Under the pieces are notes generated by a model that worked only from the letters and a program-made list of their open reading frames with translations, did no database searches and was not told the DNA's origin. Shown one piece after another: positions 38,881 through 51,420 of a stretch of DNA of 64,000 bases. Made by a program: the position numbers and the translations under genes. Within the stretch, counting starts at the first letter, position 1. Each line of letters begins with the position of its first letter. Source of the DNA: Octopus bimaculoides (taxonomy: Eukaryota); NCBI RefSeq assembly GCF_001194135.2, contig NC_068983.1, positions 79,452,057 to 79,516,056 on the forward strand, read 5' to 3'.

Positions 38881-38919
38881 TATACACACACACATATATA
38901 TACACACACACACACACAG

Positions 38920-38950
<31 letters not shown>
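38845..38950. repeat. Interrupted (CA)n/(TA) microsatellite
   Basis: Direct reading of the sequence. Confidence 0.95.
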
Positions 38951-38956
<6 letters not shown>

Positions 38957-39360
38957 ACAGGTGTTAATATGTATTGGACAATAAATAAATATTTGTATAC
39001 ACTGAAGAAATCACCTTAGGGATATAGAGTAATGAAATACTATAAATACTTTCATGCTGATGAAAATATACAGTGACACTGTAAATAAAGATACAGTGGT
39101 CTATGAGTATTACACTAGACTTAAGAGAATATAGCATTCAAAGTTTTCTTTTTATGATATCCCTCAATGCATTTACAGTTTGGCTACCAACATCTGAATG
39201 CTATATTGGACTGTATAGGAAATTCATTTTAGTGACCATAAAAAAAGAAAAACATGTAACTTAATGTTTCCACTGAGATATCGATATTGACAGATTCCAT
39301 TGCAGAAGGAAAGAAGAGGACAGAAGCATAAGCTCAATCTAGATAGCATTTGTATGCTTT

Positions 39361-39411
<51 letters not shown>

Positions 39412-40943
39412 CATACATGTTAAACAGCAAAACTAAAAACATCATGTTACAAATTGGAAGCAAATTCCTCATGAAGCACTTAGGATTTGATGTTCTGCAT
39501 AGCCCCAGAACTGCTGGGTAGAACTATTTTAATGGGGATTGGAGGAAAATACACAAAGAAATGTTATGCATGAGTATATAACTTTGGAAGCTCAATAATA
39601 TTGCCAGTATTAGCAGAGTTTTATAATTTCTTGTTCTCTGAATTTCATAATTTCATGATCACTGTCACATCATATCAAAATAATGCTTTTTTCATTCAGT
39701 AACACTAAGTTACTATCAAGCATGCTATAAAGTGATATTAAATGTAGATTTTTAATCCTTAAAGGGACCATTAAGATATCGACTGTGTCATATTTCCATG
39801 GGGAATATTATGCATTATGTGTGTAGGAATAGTTGTGTAGCTTAGAATTTTATTTGCAATTACATAATACCAATGTTGATCCCATTGTACAGGTTCAACA
39901 AAAGTCTTATGAAATTTGGTTGAGAGAAACAGTCCAGTAACTTCTTGGGTGTATGTGTGTATCATGGCTTTGCATGGATATATAAAAGCCAAAGCCGAGG
40001 ATAACAGAAATGAACATCAAACAAAAATATCTTGCATTTTGTTACATCCTTTTTACGTTCTGGTTACAACCTTTACGTCCAGGTGGACTTTTGCCTCTCT
40101 TGCTCTCAAGCTTGGTAAAATGCATATTACACAAAGAAATGGTACTGATATTTTCAATAAAGAAACTTTGAAGGTAATAGTCATTAGACTAAATGAAACC
40201 ATTAAAAGATGTAATCTACCAAAAACAAAGAAACATCAAATTATTGGTAGCAGGAATTATGTAGTATGTTGGTCTTGCAAACCAATGTACAAGACACATG
40301 TATGGCAGGTGTGTTTGTTAAAACAGTATCAGTGTGTTTCCTTGTTTGATATCTTTGCACAGTACTTTGTGAGAGTGTTGTCTACTATAGCATTGGATTG
40401 ATGAATATCTTATGTGTGAAATTTGACAACTAGAAAATATGCAGAAGCTTGCTCTGTGTGTGTGTGTGTGTGCATATGATTTTGTTTGTGGTTATGTTTA
40501 TCATCTAAAAGTTAGTGCGATTTATGCTATATATATATAAACAATGGTTTCCTGACAGTGTCATTTGCTTACAGTCTACCAAAAAACATGTCCAATGTCC
40601 AGTCTTCCTGACATGTCTTGTCATGTTGCATGATCATGATCATTGCCAATATTGAAACCAATCAGTGACTGATGATGGAACTGATAGAGCATCATCATCA
40701 CCATCATCATCATCACTGTAACAACTACTTTTCCATGCTTCCATTGGTCAGACAAAAGTACATTGAAACAGGATTTCAATGGCCTTTTTTCAGTCATTGG
40801 ATTGCAGCCATAAAAAATTAACATCATCCATGTTATAGTCAATTACATGTATCTCAGTTGTTTGCTCTTTGACTACTGCTTATTGTATTGACCTTGGAAG
40901 AGTGAAGGATAAAATGTACCATATATTTACACAAAATGCACAT

Positions 40944-40993
<50 letters not shown>

Positions 40994-41595
40994 ACACACA
41001 GATATACACACGTGCAGTAAATGAAAATATCCTCTGACACTTAATGAGTTGTTCAGATTTCCACCAAAGGCATTGGCTTCATACAGATACTAAAAGTAAA
41101 AATCAGCCTGGAAAAACTTCCCCTCCAGAGTTATTGACTAATGTGAGAAATTGCAGATATAAGGAGTAGGTGAACAGAAGGGTCTTAATTTGCAGAAATG
41201 AACTGATATATCAAAAGAACTTGGTATTCTTCCAGATTCATAATTAATATTATTATATGTCAGTTAAAGGCTATATGTGAAATTACTAGATTATATTGGT
41301 AAAATATTATAAAGCATAATAGAGCTATGTAATTTTATTTAAAAGTGCAAAACAACCTGTCAGGGATTATATTTATCTCCTTTGTAATCTTGTCAGCTTT
41401 ATGTAAACTGTGTTACATATTTCTGTTATAACTTAGAGGAATAAATACAACATCTGTGACAATTTACAAGGACTTCATTACTCCTACAATGAAAGGTACA
41501 TTATCTACTTTCACTTCACGAGGCTTTGGTCATCCGAAGTCTATGAAAGTAGACATTTGTTCCAAGTGCCACTCATTGAGAACGAAACTATCTAT

Positions 41596-41626
41596 ATGTG
41601 TGTGTGTGTGTGTGTGTGTATGCATG

Positions 41627-41678
<52 letters not shown>
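41596..41678. repeat. (TG)n compound microsatellite
   Basis: Direct reading of the sequence. Confidence 0.95.
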
Positions 41679-41680
<2 letters not shown>

Positions 41681-42751
41681 CAGATTCATAGCTATGTATT
41701 TAAAACATTTTGTTTACTCATACGGTTTTGGTTTCAAGCATTTTCATCAGGTCTTGAGAGTGATGGTAGCTTCTTCCCTGCTTCCCATCAATCTCAGAGA
41801 CTTTATAAATTGTCATGAGTAATTTTAATAGAAAAAAGAAATATACGCCGGGTGATGCTGCTATTAAGTTAGATAAAGCCTGGGCCAATACTAGCCAAAA
41901 CTTAGTATAACAAAAGTTGTTTCCATTAAATCAATAAAATTACACTGATGATAAACATATTTCTTGAGAGTTTGTTTTGCATTTTTAACTAAAATTTTAT
42001 TGGTCTATTAGGCTTGGTAATATTTTAGTAATATGACCTCCACTTAGGCACTCTTTACTCACCCTTCTCCTCACCTCTCAGCATCCATATTCATCCATAT
42101 TATGTCCAACTTCCCCTCACCAGGTTCCTCTCTAATTACTTCCATTCTGACACTCTCGTCTCACTCATCTCTGTCTCTCCTTCTCATCATCCATTCCATG
42201 TACCTGCCTCCACAACTGGGAAAGCCGAGAGTATGGATGATGAGAGGCTTTTCATAAACCAATTCACTCAGAATGTCAACACACTTTAGTTTCCTTCCTG
42301 CTCATGTCTTTCCTGTACTTACAACAGGTTAAACAGAAAATTAACAGCATCACTCTCACTGGTCACAGAGGGCCTGTGCAAACCATGGACAAAGTCCATT
42401 CCTTCAGACCAAAATATTAGCATCCCAAAATGCATGTTATGGTATTTCTTGATATATTAGAAATTGTAAATATTGATGATCTAATTTGCTGAAATCTTTA
42501 ATATTCTATAAAAATATACTTTTATTATTTTCAGCACCTTTACAGGTGATATAGTAAATGGGTAGGCTCTCTGTAGTTTAATAGAAAATGCAGCTGTTCA
42601 GCTAGTGGTAGGTGTGTAATGGTTCATTTCTTGCCACAGAACTGGTTTTTCTTCTCTGTCCAATCTTTGTAAATATATTGTGTTATATTATTCTAAATTG
42701 AAAATCTTAGCAGTTGATTTATTCCCAATAGCAGCTAAGACATTCTGTTGG

Positions 42752-42789
<38 letters not shown>

Positions 42790-43059
42790 ATGTGTGTGCC
42801 TGCATGATTGAGGAGAGAGTTGTATGGAATTCAGTATTTTACATTAGCATACTTTGCCACAGATCCACTCTTGATATGGTCATCAACAAAGATAAGTGCA
42901 TTGATCACTTTTATTTTCAATATCTGATAAAACTGCTCAGAGATTTTGCTTTGTCCCTCAGTTCTTGTATAATCTGACTATACCCTAAGGAATTTTTGTA
43001 TTGATTTACAGACATTACTCATTAATAATATATACATAATTTAATCCGTCTTTATGCTA

Positions 43060-43800
43060 ACAGTTACCTCCACTCTCCCTGGAGCATCTTACTTTTAAAA
43101 TCCATCCATCATTCTCAATATTATCCCTTCTTACCCTATTTTCCACTGATTGCCCCTTTCCAGTTATCTCTCCCTCTCCTCTGAGATACATCTTAGGACT
43201 GCCATCTACAACACACAATCATATCTGTTATCATTCTCATCACCCTCTTATATCTATTGTTGTCAGTCTCTCTCCTACCTTTTCCTCCTACTCACAATAA
43301 CTACCTCTACATACCTCTGACATCTATATTTTTGTCACTGTATATCTCTCTTGTCCACCCCGCTCACTATCCCAGCCTGCTTATCATCTCCATATTCTGT
43401 GATCTTCCTACAGGTTTATTATATTGCTACTCGCTTTCCTTCTAGTACTGCCACTTATCACCTCCTCCTTGTGTGACCCCTTTTCTTCCACCTACATCCG
43501 CCCATACTGGTACTAACCATCACCCCACCTCCACCATTGTTCCATTCATTACATTCACTTCTACACTCATTTCTAAAGAGATGGTCATATTGTAATGAAC
43601 TTATCCACCCACCTTTGTCAACTCTTTGTATTCTTCCTTATAGTCATCTTTTTGTTTCCTGGGAGTATGGTCTGCACCTCATCACTACCGTCATTGTCCT
43701 CTGTCCAGTCATTCCTACTCACCCTCATATAATGCAGGGCAGTCATGTATCCCTTCTGCCCGCCCTGTTCTCCTGTCATACTTTAGCCTTGCAACCTGTG
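43060..43800 (-). mobile_element. C/T-rich block, probably a decayed LINE-associated repeat on the minus strand
   Basis: Strong strand-asymmetric composition unlike the AT-rich flanks, with a similar block at 42040-42200. No decisive motif. Confidence 0.3.
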
Positions 43801-44339
43801 CTAGATGACCCATTAAGCAAAATAAGCATGTGCTTAGGGCATCAAGGGAGGAGGGGGTACCACAGAAATGCTAAATGGTTTATGGCACAAAAGAAATCAC
43901 TTTAAACTTGCTAAAATAATATTCAGGATGCCCTGTCTCAACAGAGTATAGAAGCAGACATTTTACGTAAAATTAATTTGGGAATCTGTTCAAAGATTTT
44001 GCAATTAATAAAAAAAATAAGAAGAAACTTTCCAAATATAAATGAAGTGGAAGTATAAAAAAATAAATATTATTTCCCATCTTACTGTTAATTTTGTTTC
44101 ATTTTGAAAAATAAAAATTTATTTTATGGTTTATTATTGTTTCCATTTCGAATTATATATGGAGGCACCAAAATCTTTTGAATGCTTAAGGCCTCTATGG
44201 GTCTTGATCCAGCCCTGCTTACAACAGCTGCATAAAGCCACACCCCACTTCTATTACAAACCTATTCTGTTGAGTGTTCATTTGTTTAATGAGTTATTTG
44301 GCAATCTCATTAATGTCAGTGTCATGGAAAATGTACCCA

Positions 44340-44790
44340 ACACACTCTGTAAAGTGGTTCACATTAGGAAGGACATCCAGCTATGGAAACCATGCTAAAA
44401 CAGACATTGGAGCTTGATGCAGTCCTCTGGCTCATTCGATCCTGCCAGACCATTCACCCCATTTGCATGGATGGTGGACATAAAATGATGATGATGCGTA
44501 TGTATGTATGTATATATATATATATCATCATCTGGTTTCCATGCTGGCATGGGTTGGATGGTTTGGCTGAGGACTGACAAACCGGGACACTGCACCAGGC
44601 TCCAATCTGATCTGCCAAGATTTCTAAAGCTGGATGCCCTTCCTAATGCCAATCACTCTGAGTGTGTAGTGGATACTTCGTATGTGCCACTGACATGGGA
44701 GCTTATCAGGCAGCACTGGCATTGACCACATTTGAATGGTGCTTTTTAAGTGCCACTGGCATGGGTGTCAGTCAAGCAACACTGGCTTCG
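44340..44790. mobile_element. Two RTE-type 3' tails, tail-to-tail (+ 44340-44490; - 44524-44790)
   Basis: aggaaggacatccagctatggaaacc...atgatgatgatg, a (TA) spacer, then catcatctggtttccatgctggcatgggttggatgg...ctggatgcccttcctaatgcc. Confidence 0.85.
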
Positions 44791-46293
44791 GTCACACTTC
44801 TACTGCCTTGTGACTCATTCCTTCAAATGATTTTGGTATTTTTTTAAAAATCCTTGATAGTATATAGATAAGTACCCCACTTGCATCATGGGAGATGAAG
44901 AGAAGGTAGAAGCTCAATTCCCTGCCAGGGAGATGCTAGAATGTTGTGGATAGATAGAAAGTCTAACTGAACTGAAAATTGGATAACATGTTCTTGGTAT
45001 TTGGTTTCAACCCTTTAAACTCTGAGTACAGCTTCCACCCTGATTAGCTTTATGGTATCTTTTACTCTGTTTAATCAAATAGATAAGTATTTATCGAATA
45101 ATGGAGTTAATATAATTGGTTATATACTTTGAGGCAGTGCCCTAGAATGGTTATAGTTCGGTGACTGAAACCAGTAAAAGAATAGCCAAAGGTATCTCAC
45201 AGATTTGAAATTGTTTGCAAGATATTTGATTAAATTTATGTTGATAGGTCAAATCTAATGTGTAAACCTTTTGACAAAATTCTTTGCTAAGAAAAATATT
45301 CTATCATGGATCTGCTAAGCTAGCAAAGGCATTTAATTAAATCAAATAAGAAAACTTCTATGTGACCACATACACACTACCTTATTAGTTCATTTTAAGT
45401 AAATTACACAGAGGAGATAGCAACTTAAAGCTGGGCTAGGAGAGTAGTAAACAGATACAGTGCAGATATTAAGATATTTCAAGTAGAGACATTTTGAATA
45501 AACTTTGTATGTGAAATTGAATGCAGCTATATAATTGGAGATGCAAATAACCAGAGTTTGTAAGTCAGATGGAAGGAAAACTATTAATATTTCCCTTGAA
45601 ATATAAATGAAATCCAATTATTTAGCTAATCTAATCAGTGATATAACATCAACCAAAAAAATGTTATGACTGTAAGAAAGTTTCCTTTGCAAATGAATAG
45701 TTGCATCTGCGCAAAAAAAAAATAAAAAACTGTGCAGGTATCAAAAATATCATGTAGTGTGTAGTGTTGCAAGAAAGGACAGTGGAAGTGTGTTGTTGGC
45801 AAAAAAAAAAAGACAGATCTGCAGCAGTTGCAGATAAATATGCTGAGAATGGATGTTTTGAGCCGGATAAAATGAAAAGAACTGCCATATGCAGATAGTT
45901 TTTGAGGATTGTATTTGTATACAATGACAACAGACTGAATTGAATAGTTAGTGAAAAGAAAGAGAGAGAGCAAGCATACTGGAGGAAGAGGTAACAAAAA
46001 TATGTAACAAATTAAAGGACACCAGATTAAAAACCATTTAGTATATGTCAATCCAAAAAACTTCTTTATCCTTGTCACCATCTGCAGTAGCACCATCACC
46101 ATCACTGCCAATTTCTCCACCATTTCTGCCAAAACCACTACCACTACAGCCACCACTATTATTACCCATTTTGTTCTTTCAATTCTATACTTAAAGCAGT
46201 GCCCAGTTTGTGTAAATATCAACTGAATCTTCATTTTTCGTCAGCTTAGTGTATATTTCTGAATACATTCTACACATTTTTGTTTGCACGCAT

Positions 46294-46329
<36 letters not shown>

Positions 46330-46562
46330 ACTATTAAATGATGCAAAAATAAATGGGACAGATTAGTCCTTATGTGCCTAAAGGCAAGATTAGAAATAAG
46401 TGAAAATGAAATTTTTAACAGTAATGTAAACTTACAATTGTTTTCTTTTAAAATTATCCAACAGTGTGCAATTAAAATAAACCCTTTACAGAGCATTTTC
46501 TGGTGATTCTTTTCAAACTATACACCAACAACTCAGTTCATTCTTAAACACATTACATCCTC

Positions 46563-47123
46563 NNNNNNNNNNNNNNNNNNNNNNNNNNNNNNNNNNNNNN
46601 NNNNNNNNNNNNNNNNNNNNNNNNNNNNNNNNNNNNNNNNNNNNNNNNNNNNNNNNNNNNNNNNNNNNNNNNNNNNNNNNNNNNNNNNNNNNNNNNNNNN
46701 NNNNNNNNNNNNNNNNNNNNNNNNNNNNNNNNNNNNNNNNNNNNNNNNNNNNNNNNNNNNNNNNNNNNNNNNNNNNNNNNNNNNNNNNNNNNNNNNNNNN
46801 NNNNNNNNNNNNNNNNNNNNNNNNNNNNNNNNNNNNNNNNNNNNNNNNNNNNNNNNNNNNNNNNNNNNNNNNNNNNNNNNNNNNNNNNNNNNNNNNNNNN
46901 NNNNNNNNNNNNNNNNNNNNNNNNNNNNNNNNNNNNNNNNNNNNNNNNNNNNNNNNNNNNNNNNNNNNNNNNNNNNNNNNNNNNNNNNNNNNNNNNNNNN
47001 NNNNNNNNNNNNNNNNNNNNNNNNNNNNNNNNNNNNNNNNNNNNNNNNNNNNNNNNNNNNNNNNNNNNNNNNNNNNNNNNNNNNNNNNNNNNNNNNNNNN
47101 NNNNNNNNNNNNNNNNNNNNNNN
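46563..47123. other. Assembly gap (N run)
   Basis: N bases. Confidence 1.
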
Positions 47124-47359
47124 TATCAATCTGGAGTAATAATTTGTAGTTTTGAAATCAGTAGTTCTTTGACTGCTATTTCTGAATTCTCAGTATGTTG
47201 GAGAAGCAGGTTACTGTCAATCCCTATATATTTATGATTATAAATTTTTTACCGAAGAAGGTTTCTTACTGAGCTACCCGGCAGAATTGTTAATTATTAA
47301 TTTTATTACTAATTGATGATTCCCTGCCCTGCATATCTATATATATATATATATATATA

Positions 47360-47537
47360 TATCTGTAAAAATATGTGACACTTATTCGGTAGCCATGTTA
47401 AAACTCTGAGTTTCGGATGCCGGGGTGGGAACCCACGCCAACATCTCTTCAGTTATCCGGCCAGTTATTCCCACCCCAGCATCCAAAACTCGGAGTTTTA
47501 TCATGGCTACTGAATAAATGTCTCATTTTTACAGATA
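47360..47537. mobile_element. Young palindromic element next to (TA)n, carrying a hammerhead ribozyme
   Basis: About 70-bp arms tatctgtaaaaat...ggatgccggggtgggaa and ttcccaccccagcatcc...tttttacagata. It is CpG-rich relative to the flanks. Confidence 0.85.
47394..47460 (-). ncRNA. Type I hammerhead ribozyme motif with intact catalytic core
   Basis: Minus strand GATAA CTGAAGA [GATGTTGGCGTGGG-TT-CCCACCCCGGCATC] C GAAAC TCAGA GTT TTAAC. Helix I has one mismatch; the opposite arm has the matching TTATC. Confidence 0.7.
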
Positions 47538-47597
47538 AATTCCTCTATTTACATAATATTGAGGTCTCTTTCTTTCTTTTGTTGTCCTTTCTATCAA

Positions 47598-47740
47598 TAT
47601 ATATATATATTACATATGTAATAATTAAGTTATATGTTATGTACTTTAGTGTATTTTATTAGTGTGCATGATCCCCTGGTCCATGGAAAAACTGTCTTGC
47701 ATGAAACCAGTCTGTGGTGCAAAAAAGTTTGAGACTACTG
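47598..47740 (+). mobile_element. 3' end of a hAT-Charlie non-autonomous element resembling MER1/Charlie3
   Basis: ggtccatggaaaaactgtcttgcatgaaaccagtctgtggtgcaaaaaagtttgagactactg closely follows the MER1-type terminus as I recall it (GGTCCGTGGAAAAATTGTCTTCCACGAAACCGGTCCCTGGTGCCAAAAAGGTTGGGGACCGCTG). Confidence 0.65.
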
Positions 47741-48164
47741 GTGCAAAGAATTCAGTGTTGGAGTCATGTTGCTAAGTTGTGGGTTCAATTCTCAATCTCA
47801 CGTGGTTTATTGTAGCCTTGAGCAAAACACTTCATTTCATGTTGCTCTACTCCAATCAGCTAAAAATGCTTAACTGCAATAGCTGGCTGGTTGAATGGTG
47901 AAATATAAACCAGTCATAAACTGGTGTCTCATTCAGATTTGAGTTTTGGTCACTTAAATGCTATGGAAAGTGGAATAAATTCTGATCTTGTAGCTTCAAA
48001 ATAGACCTGAACTTAGTTATGAAGCAAAATCTGTGTAACTAAACCAACTTGAATAGTATAATGTATTTTCTTGAGGAAAAGGATCATTATGTTCAAAATT
48101 TTAGTATGAGATCGTAGATGCATTTTCTTAAGTGTTCTAATTAAACAAAGGATAAGGCATAAGT

Positions 48165-48308
48165 GTGGTTGTGAAGATGAGAAACCTTCTTCCTAACATG
48201 TGGTCTTGAGTTCACTCCTACTGTGTGGCATCTTGCGCAAGTGTCTTCTACTATAGACCTGGGCCTTGCAAGTAGTTTTGGTAGATGGCACACTGGAAGA
48301 AGCCATCA

Positions 48309-48383
<75 letters not shown>

Positions 48384-48530
48384 ATGCGTGTGTGTATATA
48401 TGTGTATGTATATATATATATATATGTATTTATGCGGTTGTGTGTGTATTCTTGACATCATGTGATGGATATAAATGTGCATTGCTCTCATACAAGCATG
48501 GAAAAGTGGATGTTAAATGATGTTAATGAT
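48165..48530 (+). mobile_element. SINE family B head + (TG)n(CGTG)n tract + RTE tail scrap
   Basis: gagttcactcctactgtgtggcatcttgcgcaagtgtcttctactatagacc, then microsatellite 48311-48425, then gcatggaaaagtggatgttaaatgatg. Confidence 0.7.
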
Positions 48531-48982
48531 GAAGGTTTCATTTAAAACTTATACTTTCTCTCAAACTAAATTTAGTTTACTTACTGATACTAATAAAATT
48601 GTTGTAATTTCACCCTATTGCAAAATTTTTGGTTTTCATCCAATAGTGTGCAACTGCTGTTTCTCAAATACTTTTTGAGTTTAGAAAACAGGTTATGTAG
48701 GTATTATTACTTACATGCTTAGCCATATATGCTATACATATAAGGCAAGTGACCAAAATGACTAGTTTAAGTACACACATTCATTAAAATACATAAATGG
48801 TGGTAATGTTTGATAAGCAAATCTACTTTTGTTTCATCTTTATCAATTATGCATATCTTTTTTTGCTAAGTGAAGCATGAAGCTCATTAAGTGTTGTTAG
48901 AGATTTTAATCAGGATATCTGTAAAGGTTGCAGCACCAAGCAAAATAGGTTTATTTGTTAAGTTTATGAAATGAGTATTTAT

Positions 48983-49400
48983 CAATGCAGACCACCACTA
49001 GTTTACATATTCTTATTTGCTGTTTATTATAATCTACTAACAAAACCATTCTTCTCCCAGTGCTGCCCTAAATATTTAAATATTTTCTTTCCAAAGAGCT
49101 TTCATAGAAATTTCAGAAGTTACATATGCCCATGGCATATAAAGTTTATTGAATGACTTTTTGAGTTGTTTTTTTTTTAGTTTCTTTTTGCAAATGCAGA
49201 TAACCAGTAGTCCCTTTTGACTCTGGTTTTTATTTGCTGTTTACTATATTCTGCAAACTAAAGCTGTTTACTCAGTACTATCTTCAACATTTAAATATAT
49301 TTTTTCTGTAGAGAAGAGCTTTGATAGGCACTTCAGAACATACATCTCCCTATGATATACAAACATATCTAAATTTGAAAACTTTATTAGATGATTTTCT
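48983..49400. repeat. Old tandem duplication, period about 210 nt
   Basis: aatgcaga at 48983 and 49193; shared ttatttgctgttta.tat, atttaaatat, aagagcttt.atag...ttcagaa..tacat. Confidence 0.75.
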
Positions 49401-51195
49401 TTCTCTGATACAGACCACCACATGTTTTCACTGACTTACATTTTTATTACAAAGTATCTTAAGTTTGGCTAGTTTTAATATCTTTGAAAAAAAAAAAGGT
49501 GTTATAAATCATAATCATATATTGAATCATTGATATTACCACACTGTTAAACTTCTAGCTGAGGCTAACTTTCATATTTACTTCAGTAAGCTTTAACAGT
49601 TTTTTTTCTTTGAGAATTTAATATTTTCAATACTAACAGATCAGAAGTATTCTGTTGAATATTATTGAGAATATTCATCTCTAAATATAACTAAAGTACT
49701 CAGTATGCACTTACATAGTGTTTTGTAGAGAATGTGTTGTGTATATACACACATACACATACATTCACAGGAAAAGAAAATGAGCTAAAAGAAATAACAC
49801 AGTATGGCTTGTTTTATGAATTTATGTATTTAAGCAACAATGACCAGTAAAGGCATATTTAATATCATACAAGATGAATACTTACTTGACTGAAATTATC
49901 TCTGTTTTCCGAGATGTTAGAAGAATCACTTTGAGACAAATTGGTATCAATCTCAAATGAGAAATGGATACAATTTCATGAATCAAGAATTCTTCAAAAT
50001 TAACATGCTATTAAGGAAAAGACAGGCTGAATGTTTAGAGTTAAGAGGATGGTTGTAGATACATGTTCCTGCCTGACAGCAGTTACTCTGTCCTCATTCA
50101 TCTTTGTTGTTCAAATAAATGCTACAGGCAACGCTGAGTTATTTCTCTTACTTCATTTGCATTTCATTTATGCAAATTATATATGTCTAAGTGTATGGTT
50201 CTGTTGTTTGTCAATGAGAAGGGCATCCAGCCATAGAAGCCAAAATAACAAAGTGATGTGTTGAACTCAAAACATCTCAGATCATGACAACATGGAAAGC
50301 AAACATAAGATGATGCAGATGATTATGTTTGTAGTTGCCTCCATACCAGGATTTTATGATAGTATCGAGGAAGTTGGATTCAGCAATCTTCAATAGACTT
50401 TCATTGTAGTTGGTAAAATAAAAGACATGTTTGTGTGTGTGTTATTGATATATTTATTTATGTGAACTTTGTATGTGTGTTGTGCATTTGTGTAGTAGCA
50501 GTAGTAGTGGTATCTTGTTATATGTTAGGACTACTTAGTAGAGTGTATTTTTATTTCAAGTTGAGAAATTAAAGATACTCATTACACTGAATATTTGGCT
50601 ATGTATGATTTTCATGGGCTAGAAGGTTTACCTCTGAACAATCTATACCTTATATATTCATCACTTTTACATATAATCAATCATTCTTCTTCTAATACTC
50701 ACTGCTCTCTTATTCTCTTAATTCTGTTGCACTAGGCCTAAGTCTCTATCTTTCTCTATGTTTCTATCTGTCTGTCAGTTTGTTTATGTATCCCTTCACA
50801 CATGCACACATACATTCACACTCACTCTTATGACTGCTCTTATTTTGGTCTGCAAATGAAACAAAATATTTCTGACAACACATCACATTGTCACAATTAA
50901 TAATATATGATAGTTCCATAAACTTCCATTCACTCTGCTGTAACTGACTTCACCTTGATCTTGATGGTCTCCAGTCTCTTGTAGCACACATTGTCAATCA
51001 CATAATTCTGTTTGGAACACTGAGTGTTTATTTCTGTAGAGTATCACAAGTCTTATTTACATCTCTCACACCTATTAAATTGCACTGCCTGAATAATGAA
51101 TTTACACCCACTACTATCATCACCATATAATAATTTATAAACCAAATTTCAGATAGAATTGAAAAATAGAATATATCATAAGTCCCAAAAGCAAT

Positions 51196-51420
51196 TTAAC
51201 CTTTTTGATACCAACCTGCCTGCAAATGCCCCTGGATGTTGAATACAAACTTCCTGTTTTAAAGTGATCTAAATTAAAATCTTCCATCAAAATTCCATGT
51301 TATGTTCCAAATACCAACTGAATAATGACAGTTGTTTTTCTAAATTCTTCATTATTTTACTCAACTGATTCAAACAAAGGCAGTGCATTTCAATACAAAG
51401 TTGATAAAAAAAAAGTTTAA
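51196..51420. mobile_element. piggyBac-like MITE (family 2)
   Basis: ttaacctttttgatacc start and aaagtttaa end; colinear with 29858-30083. Confidence 0.6.

Noticed and set aside
39055-39095. CTGATGA followed by a tacagt/actgta hairpin
   Set aside because: No GAAA after the hairpin and no helix I or III.
39916-40401. 161-aa ORF, the longest not dependent on a gap or repeat
   Set aside because: It starts at TTG inside a decayed SINE head and has no recognisable domain. The Cys spacing is only vaguely piggyBac-like.
41845-41895. acgccgggtgatgctgcta and gcctgggccaatactag, resembling Helitron 3' ends
   Set aside because: No clear subterminal hairpin or matching 5' TC end; too short to support.
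42320-42420. TLTGHRGPVQTM, a WD40-like GH motif behind a possible acceptor
   Set aside because: No convincing donor before the in-frame stop and no terminal WD; likely chance.
45635-46234. 199-aa minus-strand ORF
   Set aside because: Low-complexity (GTG repeats, poly-T) with no domain signature.
47250-47300. ccgaagaaggt...acccggcag, resembling a further hammerhead core
   Set aside because: Both conserved core segments are altered and helix I is not evident.
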